A stretch of 64,000 bases of DNA, taken from Promethearchaeota archaeon Loki_b32 (lineage in GTDB: Archaea > Asgardarchaeota > Lokiarchaeia > Sigyniarchaeales > SOKP01). Where the stretch lies: contig NJBH01000001.1 in NCBI GenBank assembly GCA_005223125.1, forward strand, positions 128,001 to 192,000, written 5' to 3'. Below the pieces are notes generated by a model, which saw only the letters and a list, made by a program, of their open reading frames with translations, did not search any database and was not told the origin of the DNA. The position numbers and the translations under genes were made by a program. Of this stretch, positions 8,940 through 17,795 are shown piece after piece (position 1 is the stretch's first letter; each line of letters opens with the position of its first letter).

Positions 8940-10472
8940 CTAAGTTCCAGCAATTCTTTTAGGATATTTTGTTTGAGCTTTTAAGTTTTCTCGTAACATT
9001 TTATTTACAAGGTCAAATCTTTTATCTCTAAAATTTCGATCATACCAAAGATTATTTACTTCAAGTGGATCGTTTTTGCGGTCATAAATATCACCAAAAT
9101 TATCTAAAGTATCATAAACTGTTAATTTAAAATCTTCTGTAACAAGATGTCTTATTCTAGCTTCGAGAGTGCCTACTTCCTCATCATTCTCTATTAATAC
9201 ACTATCTCTTACCTTCTGCTTAGGATTCATTAAAATAGGAGAAATATCATAACCTTGCATATCTGGAGGGTGGTGTCTTTCTTTAATATCTAGAAGATTT
9301 AGAATTGTTTTAGGGTAATCAATTGAACTCACTAAAGAGTCAGATATTTCTCCCAGTTTTGTTAATTGAGGTACTTTCCATATCAATGGTAATTGTAAAA
9401 CACCATTAAAAGGACATGGACCCTTAAATAGAAGCCCATGGTCACCCATTAAATCTCCATGATCACTCATAAAGATAACAATTGTATTCTTTGAATATCC
9501 CGATTTTTCCAATGAAGCTAAAATTTGACCTATATTATAATCGACATATGCTATTGCCGCGTAAGTTAATGCTGTTATCTTGCGCACTTCTTCTTCTGTG
9601 GATTCACGGAGGAAGGCTTTTTTAAAAGGTGGATTTTTTAAATGATAGCCCAAATACTCATGATTATACAAATTCTTTATATCATTAAAGTTAGCTGGAA
9701 GCTCAATATCTTCTGGTTTATATTGATCTCGATATTTTGTAGGTGGATATAATGGATAATGTGGATCGGGAAATGAACAATGTAAATAAAAGGGTTTATT
9801 CCCATAATTTCCATTTGAATATCTTTCAAGGAATGCTAAAGTTCTCTCAGCAACCCAAGTGGTGTTGTAAAAATCATCTGGTATTGGATCACAAAAAAGG
9901 CTAAATAGATTATCATAGTTCTTAACTCTTTGCTTCATATCTTCAGCAATTTCAGGAACTCTTTCTTCTAACCATTCTGTATAATGTCCCGCACACACGG
10001 TTCCATTTCCAGATATCACTTCAACTTCGTTATAGCCATAATAAGGTGACGGAAAATTATTTCTTACTGGATAACTATTATTTCTACTAAGAGACCAATC
10101 AGTCAAACTTTCTGCCGATCTACTCTTATGTTTAAATGGACCCAACCAGTATTGATGGTGTATTTTCCCCAAGGCCGCCGTATGCCATCCTCGTTTCCTA
10201 AGAGTTTGAATGATTGTAGGAATATCCTGTCGTAAATTTATTCCATTACTTCTAACACCATGAACATTGGGATAGACTCCTGTAATTAACGTTGCTCTAT
10301 TTGGCATACAGATTGGATTAGTACAAAAATGATTTGTAAATCTGAGGCCCTCTTTAGCTAATCTATCAAGGTTAGGAGTTTTTACTGTTTGATTCCCTGC
10401 GCAATTCATATGATCCGCGCGCATTGCATCAGTTATAATGAATAAGACATTTAATTTTTCACTCATAGCCAT
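8940..10472 (-). CDS. Formylglycine-type sulfatase
   Basis: NVLFIITD, CMPNRATLITG (CxPxR), GKIH, DPHYP, SDHGD motifs. Confidence 0.9.
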   Translation of the reverse strand: MAMSEKLNVLFIITDAMRADHMNCAGNQTVKTPNLDRLAKEGLRFTNHFCTNPICMPNRATLITGVYPNVHGVRSNGINLRQDIPTIIQTLRKRGWHTAALGKIHHQYWLGPFKHKSRSAESLTDWSLSRNNSYPVRNNFPSPYYGYNEVEVISGNGTVCAGHYTEWLEERVPEIAEDMKQRVKNYDNLFSLFCDPIPDDFYNTTWVAERTLAFLERYSNGNYGNKPFYLHCSFPDPHYPLYPPTKYRDQYKPEDIELPANFNDIKNLYNHEYLGYHLKNPPFKKAFLRESTEEEVRKITALTYAAIAYVDYNIGQILASLEKSGYSKNTIVIFMSDHGDLMGDHGLLFKGPCPFNGVLQLPLIWKVPQLTKLGEISDSLVSSIDYPKTILNLLDIKERHHPPDMQGYDISPILMNPKQKVRDSVLIENDEEVGTLEARIRHLVTEDFKLTVYDTLDNFGDIYDRKNDPLEVNNLWYDRNFRDKRFDLVNKMLRENLKAQTKYPKRIAGT

Positions 10473-10587
10473 CAGAATTTAGTTTTTTATTTGAAAATTT
10501 ATCTCTTTTATGGTATTTTAATAATATCAATACTATAAAGATAAATATATAGATATTCGATTTTTTTTAATTAATGAAAATCTAACC

Positions 10588-11685
10588 TCAACATTGATTC
10601 TTCATAATGTGAATGTTTCTCTTTTCAAGTTCTTTCTTAAATTGCTCAAGATTTAAATCTGAACAACCCTCTGGTGGAAATACCCCCTGAGATTTGATAT
10701 CTCCATTAAAAATCATTTGAGCTATAATAGACGCGGGTATTGAGGTTAATTTTGCCACTGGACCTAAAACAGTATAAGATAAATGAGCTTTTTTTTGATC
10801 TTTTATACCAATAACATCACTTCTGAAAGCGGAGATTATTTCTCTTTCTTCAACTTTACCAGTAATAAGGGGAAAAATTCTTAGAAAAAATTTAACAATT
10901 AACTTCATAATTTTTACATGTTTAACTGGGATTAATTTATCAAGGATTTTTGTTAGCAAAATATCTGATTCTGGTAAAACTCCACCCTTACAAATCGCTT
11001 CATTTGTTTCTATATATCGCGGGAGGGTTACAGGTTCAGGGTGACCAACATAGTATAAAGGGACTGAACCTAAAGGTGCAGGAAATTTTACAACCTCTCT
11101 ATCAGTTAGAGCTCTGATATTTACCCATTTTCCATTAATAAATTGTGGGACTTTTCCCATGGCAATATGAGCCCAATGGGCTAATTGTCCAAATCCAATT
11201 GTTTCACCAGTGTCCTCAAACCATAAAACTCTAATAGAATCAACTTTATCCATTTGATCTGCTCCTAATTTTGCCATAATATTTGTTAGTCCTGCCGATG
11301 CTCCAGAATTAATTAGAAATGTTAAACCTTCACGCTCAACAATCTTATTTAAATTTAGAAATGTCAAAGTAGCATCATGATCATCGCATATATCAACATA
11401 ATTTATTCCCGCTTGAATAGCTGCTTTTGGAATATAATCACCAAACATAAAGTAAGGCCCAATATTATTAACCACTAATTTATGATTTTTAAGTACTTCC
11501 ACTAAATTATTAAAATCCATGACGTCTAATTTCTGAAATGATGCTCTGCTTCCAAGTTTTTGAGCAAGATGATTTCCTTCTTGTTCTCTAATATCTGCTA
11601 AAGTAACATCAAAACCACTATTTACAAGATCTAAAGCGATATATCTGCCAATCTCTCCACATGCACCTAAAATAATAATACTCAT
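10588..11685 (-). CDS. Saccharopine dehydrogenase-like NAD(P)-dependent oxidoreductase
   Basis: ILGACGEIG Rossmann motif, NNIGPY, YVDICDD, GHPEP, GVFPPE. Confidence 0.8.
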   Translation of the reverse strand: MSIIILGACGEIGRYIALDLVNSGFDVTLADIREQEGNHLAQKLGSRASFQKLDVMDFNNLVEVLKNHKLVVNNIGPYFMFGDYIPKAAIQAGINYVDICDDHDATLTFLNLNKIVEREGLTFLINSGASAGLTNIMAKLGADQMDKVDSIRVLWFEDTGETIGFGQLAHWAHIAMGKVPQFINGKWVNIRALTDREVVKFPAPLGSVPLYYVGHPEPVTLPRYIETNEAICKGGVLPESDILLTKILDKLIPVKHVKIMKLIVKFFLRIFPLITGKVEEREIISAFRSDVIGIKDQKKAHLSYTVLGPVAKLTSIPASIIAQMIFNGDIKSQGVFPPEGCSDLNLEQFKKELEKRNIHIMKNQC

Positions 11686-11858
11686 TTATACTCCTTTTTT
11701 TTCATTTTGTTAATTTTTATTGAATATTCTACCTTGTTTTTTTAAAAGCACAATTACAAATAAAGACCATAATAAATCATTGGGTATTCAAAAGTTACCA
11801 TTAATCATCAAATAATATAATTTTACTGTTAAAAATAAAAAAATAATATATAAAAGGA

Positions 11859-12440
11859 TTAAGATTTAAGTTTCTTGAGTAAATAAACAAAATTCTTGCC
11901 TAAATTTTTAAATGTGTTGATTCCTTCTTCATCGTCCAATACTTCTCCGGGATTTCTTCCAATGCCCAAATTCCAATAACTAGAGCCTACTACGAACATT
12001 TGCTTAATCAAAAAGAAGTAGTTTATGCTGGAGAATACATGATTTGCACCAGCTCTCCTAACTGCTACAACAGCAGCACCAATCTTATGTTTTAAATGAC
12101 CTCCAGTTGCATATCCGGCTCGTTCAATTAAAGCTTTTGTACTTGTTGATAAATCAGAAAAGTAAGTTGGAGATCCTATAATTATCCCATCAGATTCTAG
12201 CATTTTTTCAATGTACTCATTCATATTATCTCCTTCAATAGTACATCTTTGGTCATCATTGTCAATGCATTGATAACAAGCAGTACAACCCTGTAATCTT
12301 TTATTACCAATCCAAATTATTTCGCAATCAATCCCTTCAGCTTTCAATTCTTCCATAACAGTATTTAAGCAATGAAATGTATTTCCTTCTTTTCTTGGAC
12401 TTCCATTAAATAATACAACCTTCATTAATATTGACCTCAA
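11859..12440 (-). CDS. Iron-sulfur flavoprotein (flavodoxin-like, Isf family)
   Basis: NGSPRKEGNT, CTACYQC-x7-C, GSPTYF, GSSYWN; likely start ATG 12425. Confidence 0.9.
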   Translation of the reverse strand: MRSILMKVVLFNGSPRKEGNTFHCLNTVMEELKAEGIDCEIIWIGNKRLQGCTACYQCIDNDDQRCTIEGDNMNEYIEKMLESDGIIIGSPTYFSDLSTSTKALIERAGYATGGHLKHKIGAAVVAVRRAGANHVFSSINYFFLIKQMFVVGSSYWNLGIGRNPGEVLDDEEGINTFKNLGKNFVYLLKKLKS

Positions 12441-12510
12441 AAATTATAATTGTTGAATTATTTTTCAATAATTATTACAACGCTTTTAATTTTTATAAAA
12501 AATAACATAA

Positions 12511-12966
12511 GATATAAGGGGATATTTATTTTGGCTTGGTTTTATTTTAGGTTTATGTTGGGAACTTCCATTATCAATAGCAAACGAGATTAGTAATTTT
12601 CCTCCTGCAAGATTTATAATTCCAACTCCGTTACCATCTCCAATTTCAACTATAATAATAACTCATAGTTTATGGGATGGAGGTTTATTCCTATTGGGAA
12701 TTTGGTTTGTAACTTTAATATGTAAAAAACCAATTTTTGAGAAATTTAAAGCGTGTGAATTAACTGTATTGATTATTTATGGTCAATTATCTGAATTGAT
12801 TGTAGAATTAACAAGTACCTTTAGTAATGCTTGGGAATACATTGAATATTGGTGGAATCCTACATTATTTTTGTTTAATGGCCATAATATTACACTTATG
12901 CCTCAATTGATCTGGCTAGCAGCCCCAATTGTTTTTTATTTTATTGCGCTTAGGTTGAAATTCTAA
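12511..12966 (+). pseudogene. 5'-truncated membrane protein gene
   Basis: Frame is open from 12511 (YLFWLGFILGLCWELP...HSLWDGGLF) without ATG/GTG/TTG until 12694; protein-like sequence extends well upstream of the called start. Confidence 0.5.
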
Positions 12967-13055
12967 TTTTTCAAAAAAGAATTATAGAATTTTACCATAA
13001 CTATTTTAGAGTTAATTTTTTATTTTTTCATAAAATAAAGAAATGAAACCATTCC

Positions 13056-14303
13056 ATGGACCCTAATATACCGAATCGTCCTGAATTACTTGCTCCCTGT
13101 CAAGATTGGGACTCTTTAAAAATTATAAGTGGAATACCAAACGCTATATATTTCGGAGTTGAGAAATATAATATGCGTGCCAAGGCTAAAAACTTTAAGA
13201 GAAAAGATTTAAAGAAAATTGTTGAATTTTGCCATAACCAAAATCCACCTATGAATGTTTATTTAACAACAAATATCCTGGTTTATGATTCAGAATTACA
13301 GGATTTAGAGAACTTAATTTCAGAAGCAAAAGAATCGGATATTGACACAATTATTGCCCATGATCTCGCGACAATTCGAATAGCTAAACGTAATAATATG
13401 AAATTTCATATTTCAACACAAGCCAATGTTTCAAATATTGAAGCTGCTAAATTTTACGAGGAATTAGGGGCTGAAAGGATTATTTTAGCAAGAGAACTGT
13501 CATTAAAACAAATTAAACTCATTAAACATTTACTTTCAAAAACTAAAATCGAATGTTTTGTACATGGTTCAATGTGCACATCAATTTCAGGAAGATGCTA
13601 CTTTTCAGCTACTATCTGTGATTCTGAAGAATATTCTGCAAATCGAGGAAATTGTATTCAACCTTGTCGAAGGGAGTGGAGAGTTATTGATGATGAGAAA
13701 AATGAATTTATCTATAACGGACAAATGTTTTTAAATGCAAAAGATCTTTGCATGATTGAATACATACCAGAGCTTATTGATGCAAATATCGATGCCTTTA
13801 AAATTGAAGGCCGAATGAAAGACCCCTTTTATATAAAAACAGTTACGGAATGTTATCGAGAAGCAATAGATAGTTTTTTTAATGGTACATATAAAAAAGA
13901 AAAAATTGTGAACTGGCTAAAAAGATTATCAATAGTATATAATCGAGGATTTCACACAGGTTTTTATTTTCAAAGACCAACTATCGAAGATATTGAATTA
14001 GAAAAGAGAGGTAATGTGTCTCAATACAAAAAAAAATATTTAGGAAAAATCCTTTCCTATGATGGAAATAGCAAATCTGCTAATGTTTTATTAGAAAGCT
14101 TAGAATTTCCTTTAAAAGTTGGCGATGAAATTATCATAATGGGACCTAATACTTATACTGTTGAAACTATAAAAAAGATGATTTATAAAGGAGAGAAGAT
14201 AAAAAGTATATCTAGAAAGAGATATAGCGATCCTGTAAGAATAAATCTTCGTATAAATAAAGAAGTTGAAATTAACGATAAAATTTATATCATAAAAAAA
14301 TGA
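13056..14303 (+). CDS. U32 family protein (peptidase U32 / TrhP-like Fe-S hydroxylase family)
   Basis: PELLAP, HISTQAN, ILAREL, ECFVHGSMCTSISGRC, NRGNCIQPCR, KIEGR. Confidence 0.9.
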   Translation: MDPNIPNRPELLAPCQDWDSLKIISGIPNAIYFGVEKYNMRAKAKNFKRKDLKKIVEFCHNQNPPMNVYLTTNILVYDSELQDLENLISEAKESDIDTIIAHDLATIRIAKRNNMKFHISTQANVSNIEAAKFYEELGAERIILARELSLKQIKLIKHLLSKTKIECFVHGSMCTSISGRCYFSATICDSEEYSANRGNCIQPCRREWRVIDDEKNEFIYNGQMFLNAKDLCMIEYIPELIDANIDAFKIEGRMKDPFYIKTVTECYREAIDSFFNGTYKKEKIVNWLKRLSIVYNRGFHTGFYFQRPTIEDIELEKRGNVSQYKKKYLGKILSYDGNSKSANVLLESLEFPLKVGDEIIIMGPNTYTVETIKKMIYKGEKIKSISRKRYSDPVRINLRINKEVEINDKIYIIKK

Positions 14304-14355
14304 TTTTTATCTGAAAGATCTCTCCAAACATAGCATTATAGTTTCAATTTTAAAA

Positions 14356-15030
14356 ATGAACTTTGAAGAAAAGAGAAAGCGACTGGTTGAAAGCCTCAAA
14401 GATAGAGGAATTTTAACGAAACCAGAAGTAATCAAAGCAATGTTAATCGTACCAAGACATAAATTCGTACTAAAAGATGCTGAATCAAGCGCTTATATGG
14501 ATTCACCCCTTTCGATTGGACTAGGACAAACCATTAGTGCCCCTCATATGAATGCTATGATGTGTGAGTATCTGGAATTGTCGGAGGGGGATAAAGTTTT
14601 AGAAATTGGAACTGGTTCAGGATATCATGCCGCATTATGTGCCGAATTAGTTGCGCCAGAAAATTCGGAAAATCCTGGTCATGTAATCACAATAGAACGT
14701 CATGAAGAATTAGTAAAAAATGCAAGAGAGAGTCTAAAGGAAACCGGATATGAACACAAGGTTACAGTTATCCATGGAGATGGTACATTAGGATATCCAA
14801 AAGAAGCTCCTTTTGATAAAATTCTAGTTACAGCAGCGTCACCTTCAAAAATTCCTGTTCCATTGCGAGACCAGTTAAAAGAGGGAGGAATTCTTTGTAT
14901 TCCAACAGGATCTAAAAGTTTTGCTCAAAATTTATATGTAATAAGAAAACAGGGAGAAAATTTTGATACTAAGAAAATAACAGGGGTGAGATTTGTTCCG
15001 TTAATAGGTCGTTGGGGCTTTGATGAATAA
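14356..15030 (+). CDS. pcm: Protein-L-isoaspartate O-methyltransferase
   Basis: VPRHKFV, GQTISAPHM, VLEIGTGSGY, GDGTLG, APFDKILVTAA, VRFVPL. Confidence 0.95.
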   Translation: MNFEEKRKRLVESLKDRGILTKPEVIKAMLIVPRHKFVLKDAESSAYMDSPLSIGLGQTISAPHMNAMMCEYLELSEGDKVLEIGTGSGYHAALCAELVAPENSENPGHVITIERHEELVKNARESLKETGYEHKVTVIHGDGTLGYPKEAPFDKILVTAASPSKIPVPLRDQLKEGGILCIPTGSKSFAQNLYVIRKQGENFDTKKITGVRFVPLIGRWGFDE

Positions 15031-15080
15031 GTAAATTAATTTAATATAATTCTAATATAAATAATTCTGTAAAAATCTTA

Positions 15081-16976
15081 TTATATTTTCTCAAGGTTTT
15101 GATAAGTTTTCCAAGGCATACCTACATTTTTATTATACTTGATAAGAATTTCATTTAACCTAAGAAGTAGCAATTCTGGCTTGTAAAGCCACGCTTTGAA
15201 GTGGTTAAAACTAATACATCTTATTCTTTTAATGTCAAAATTTTGTTTAAATAAAAGCCCATAAAAACATATCTGAGGTAATGAATGAAAGAACCTCCGC
15301 TTTAATGTTCCCCTACTTGTCAATACACTTGGTTTATAATCTGCTATTACTATGTTATTTTTCCATAATAATAAAATATCTGGGTGCCCAGTTAGATATA
15401 ATTTTTTACTAATTGGTTTCCATATAGGAATCTCAATTCCAGCACAATTCTTGTAATTTTGAACTATTTTAATCGTGATGGATTCATGAGTAGGTAATAA
15501 ACTGTATGCAGATAAATCATTGTTTTTATAAAGATTTGGTTGAGCATAAATCATCAAATCGTATAATATCTTGTAGATCTCTTCATTTTCCTTTAATTTT
15601 TTTTTATGGCAAGATTTATAGAATACTTCTTTTATTAAACCAAGAGCTTTCAACTTTCTTACAATTTGTTCCCTATCTTTATATTTAATTCCCTTTATTC
15701 TAAACTTCGAAATTCTAGGTTGTATATCATAATTTTTAAAAACTTTCTGTGAAGGTCCCACAGTCGTGATTTTTGTCAAATAAGAAGTTAATTTAGGAAA
15801 TTTAATTAATAGTTTTAAACAATTCTTTGAAAGGATAGGATCTGGGTGTTGGCTTATTGGGTGTACTACTTTATATCTTTTTAAGCGTCGATATTCGTCA
15901 ATTGCATCTAAACCTATTTCTAAATTTGCTTCCGATAAGTTTTGTACAACTGCTTCTTCCATCTTATCCACAGTCGCTTTAGAAAATACAGATTTTCTGG
16001 CAAATGATGTATACAAAAAATCTTTGCTTAATAATATCAATCTGCTTAATTTGCTATAATTAATATATTCATTAAACTCATTAGAAAATGCAGATTGTAA
16101 AATTTCAATTAATTCTATCTCTGGCTGATTTGGAGCAATTTCCTCTATTTTAAATCCTTTTAAAATGTTATACTCCTCTAAGGAATCTAGACTTCTCTCT
16201 TGATTAATACCTGATAGGTTTTTTTCAATAAATTCTTTTATTTTATTAATAGAATATCGAGTAAACTTTCCTTTTCTTTCTAAAGCTTTATTAATGAAAC
16301 GTCTACTGGTAATCATTTCACTTAAACTAGCAATTGAAATTGGCTTTTTTAACTCATTTGACAGTGTTTCTTGTAAAATCATAACTAAATCAATTTCTGC
16401 TTGATTTAGAGCTCTAGAGTTAAGTTTATAACCTTTAATAATTCTATAATCGTTTATCGCATTCAGAGCTCTTTTTTGGTCATCTCCGGTTAATTTTTCT
16501 TTACTTGCCTCTTCCATTTTATCAGTTGTAAATTTTTTAAAAGTATATTCTTTTCTTAACGCTTTAGATATAGTATCTTTACTTGATATCATCCTCGATA
16601 AATTAGAGAGGGGAATAAACTCTCCTAAATTGTTTGAAAATATTTCATGTAAGCTTTCAATTAAATCTATTTCTGCTTGGTTAGGGGCATCTCCTTTTGT
16701 TTTGTAACCTTTAACAATTTTATATTCGTTAATAGCAATCAAAGCTTTCTTTAAATTATTATTTGATAAGTTTTCCCTAAGCACCTTTTCAATTTTATCA
16801 ATAGTAAATTTACTAAAAGCTTGTTTTTCTCTTAAACATCTAGTAATCAAATCTTTGCTTGCTATTATTTCAGATAACAAAGAAAGAGATATTTCTCTTC
16901 CCATTTCGTTTGAAAAACCTTTTTGTAAGACTTCTATTAAATATGATTCTGGGGGGATTGTTTGCTTAAATTTCAT
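15081..16976 (-). CDS. Four tandem ~92-aa helical repeats fused to a C-terminal PD-(D/E)XK nuclease domain
   Basis: Repeats begin TIPPESYLIE / PNQAEIDLIE / LNQAEIDLVM / PNQPEIELIE and end EYKIVKGY / DYRIIKGY / EYNILKGF / EYRRLKRY; C-terminal IEIPIW..TGHPDILL..IADYKP..PQICFYG. Confidence 0.75.
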   Translation of the reverse strand: MKFKQTIPPESYLIEVLQKGFSNEMGREISLSLLSEIIASKDLITRCLREKQAFSKFTIDKIEKVLRENLSNNNLKKALIAINEYKIVKGYKTKGDAPNQAEIDLIESLHEIFSNNLGEFIPLSNLSRMISSKDTISKALRKEYTFKKFTTDKMEEASKEKLTGDDQKRALNAINDYRIIKGYKLNSRALNQAEIDLVMILQETLSNELKKPISIASLSEMITSRRFINKALERKGKFTRYSINKIKEFIEKNLSGINQERSLDSLEEYNILKGFKIEEIAPNQPEIELIEILQSAFSNEFNEYINYSKLSRLILLSKDFLYTSFARKSVFSKATVDKMEEAVVQNLSEANLEIGLDAIDEYRRLKRYKVVHPISQHPDPILSKNCLKLLIKFPKLTSYLTKITTVGPSQKVFKNYDIQPRISKFRIKGIKYKDREQIVRKLKALGLIKEVFYKSCHKKKLKENEEIYKILYDLMIYAQPNLYKNNDLSAYSLLPTHESITIKIVQNYKNCAGIEIPIWKPISKKLYLTGHPDILLLWKNNIVIADYKPSVLTSRGTLKRRFFHSLPQICFYGLLFKQNFDIKRIRCISFNHFKAWLYKPELLLLRLNEILIKYNKNVGMPWKTYQNLEKI

Positions 16977-17211
16977 TTCCTTTATTAGGTAGGTGAAGAA
17001 TTCATAATAATATAAATAGAATGTGAGCTCTAGTTTTTCTATCTATTATTTTTTAACAAATTAAAAATAATAAAATCTCAGAACATATCATGAATGCAAA
17101 TCTGTAATAAGTTTTTATTTAACATATAAAAAGAAACTAGTTTCTATATTTATCTATAATTGGAAAGTATGGTTTTGAATCCTAGAATTATAAATTGATT
17201 TATAGTTTGAT

Positions 17212-17352
17212 TTAACTGTACTTTCCCTTCTTATATTTATCTTTTAGCCTTTTTCTGATCATTCTTACATAATCCGATCTATCAATGCACGCTTGAAGAT
17301 TTTCATCACAGCAATTCCAACTACGACATTCCGTATTATTAGAATTTCTCAT
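17212..17352 (-). CDS. 46-aa basic microprotein B (MRNSNNTECRSWNCCDENLQACIDRSDYVRMIRKRLKDKYKKGKYS)
   Basis: Manual translation ATG 17352 to TAA 17212; ungapped similarity to 17521-17664. Confidence 0.55.
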   Translation of the reverse strand: MRNSNNTECRSWNCCDENLQACIDRSDYVRMIRKRLKDKYKKGKYS

Positions 17353-17520
17353 AATAAATCTTGTATTAATCATACATCTAATTAGGATTCAATAATTAAA
17401 AGAGAAAATGAATATAAGAAAGTAAGGGTTATGACTATAAAATGAATTAGATAATTTCTTTAAATTCTATAATGATAGAAAGAAAAAGAATTATAATACC
17501 TGAGTTCTAACACTAAATAT

Positions 17521-17664
17521 CTATTTTTGAAATTTTTTTTTTAGTTTTTCTTCTAATAACTTTTTTCGAACGGTTTTGACGTGATTATTCTTTTCAATAT
17601 TATGTTTCAATGATTTCTTATTGTAAGTCCAGCCATTCCGTTTACCATTTCCGTTTACTCCCAT
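17521..17664 (-). CDS. 47-aa basic microprotein A (MGVNGNGKRNGWTYNKKSLKHNIEKNNHVKTVRKKLLEEKLKKKFQK)
   Basis: Manual translation ATG 17664 to TAG 17521; TATA-like TTTATATATA about 55-65 nt upstream; paralog of 17212-17352. Confidence 0.55.
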   Translation of the reverse strand: MGVNGNGKRNGWTYNKKSLKHNIEKNNHVKTVRKKLLEEKLKKKFQK

Positions 17665-17795
17665 AAGTGTCAAAACCAATGCAAATTTTATGTTTTATAG
17701 TTGTTATTAGACCCTTTATATATATAAAACTAATTAAAATCGACAAAATTCTTACGTGCTTCTACAGATTTGTAAGAAATACAAAGGTTTATATA

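Noticed and set aside
15081-17795. Repeat-nuclease locus as an IS element or CRISPR-Cas4 locus
   Set aside because: No DDE/HUH transposase motif, terminal inverted repeats, target duplication, Cas4 Fe-S cysteines or repeat-spacer array seen.
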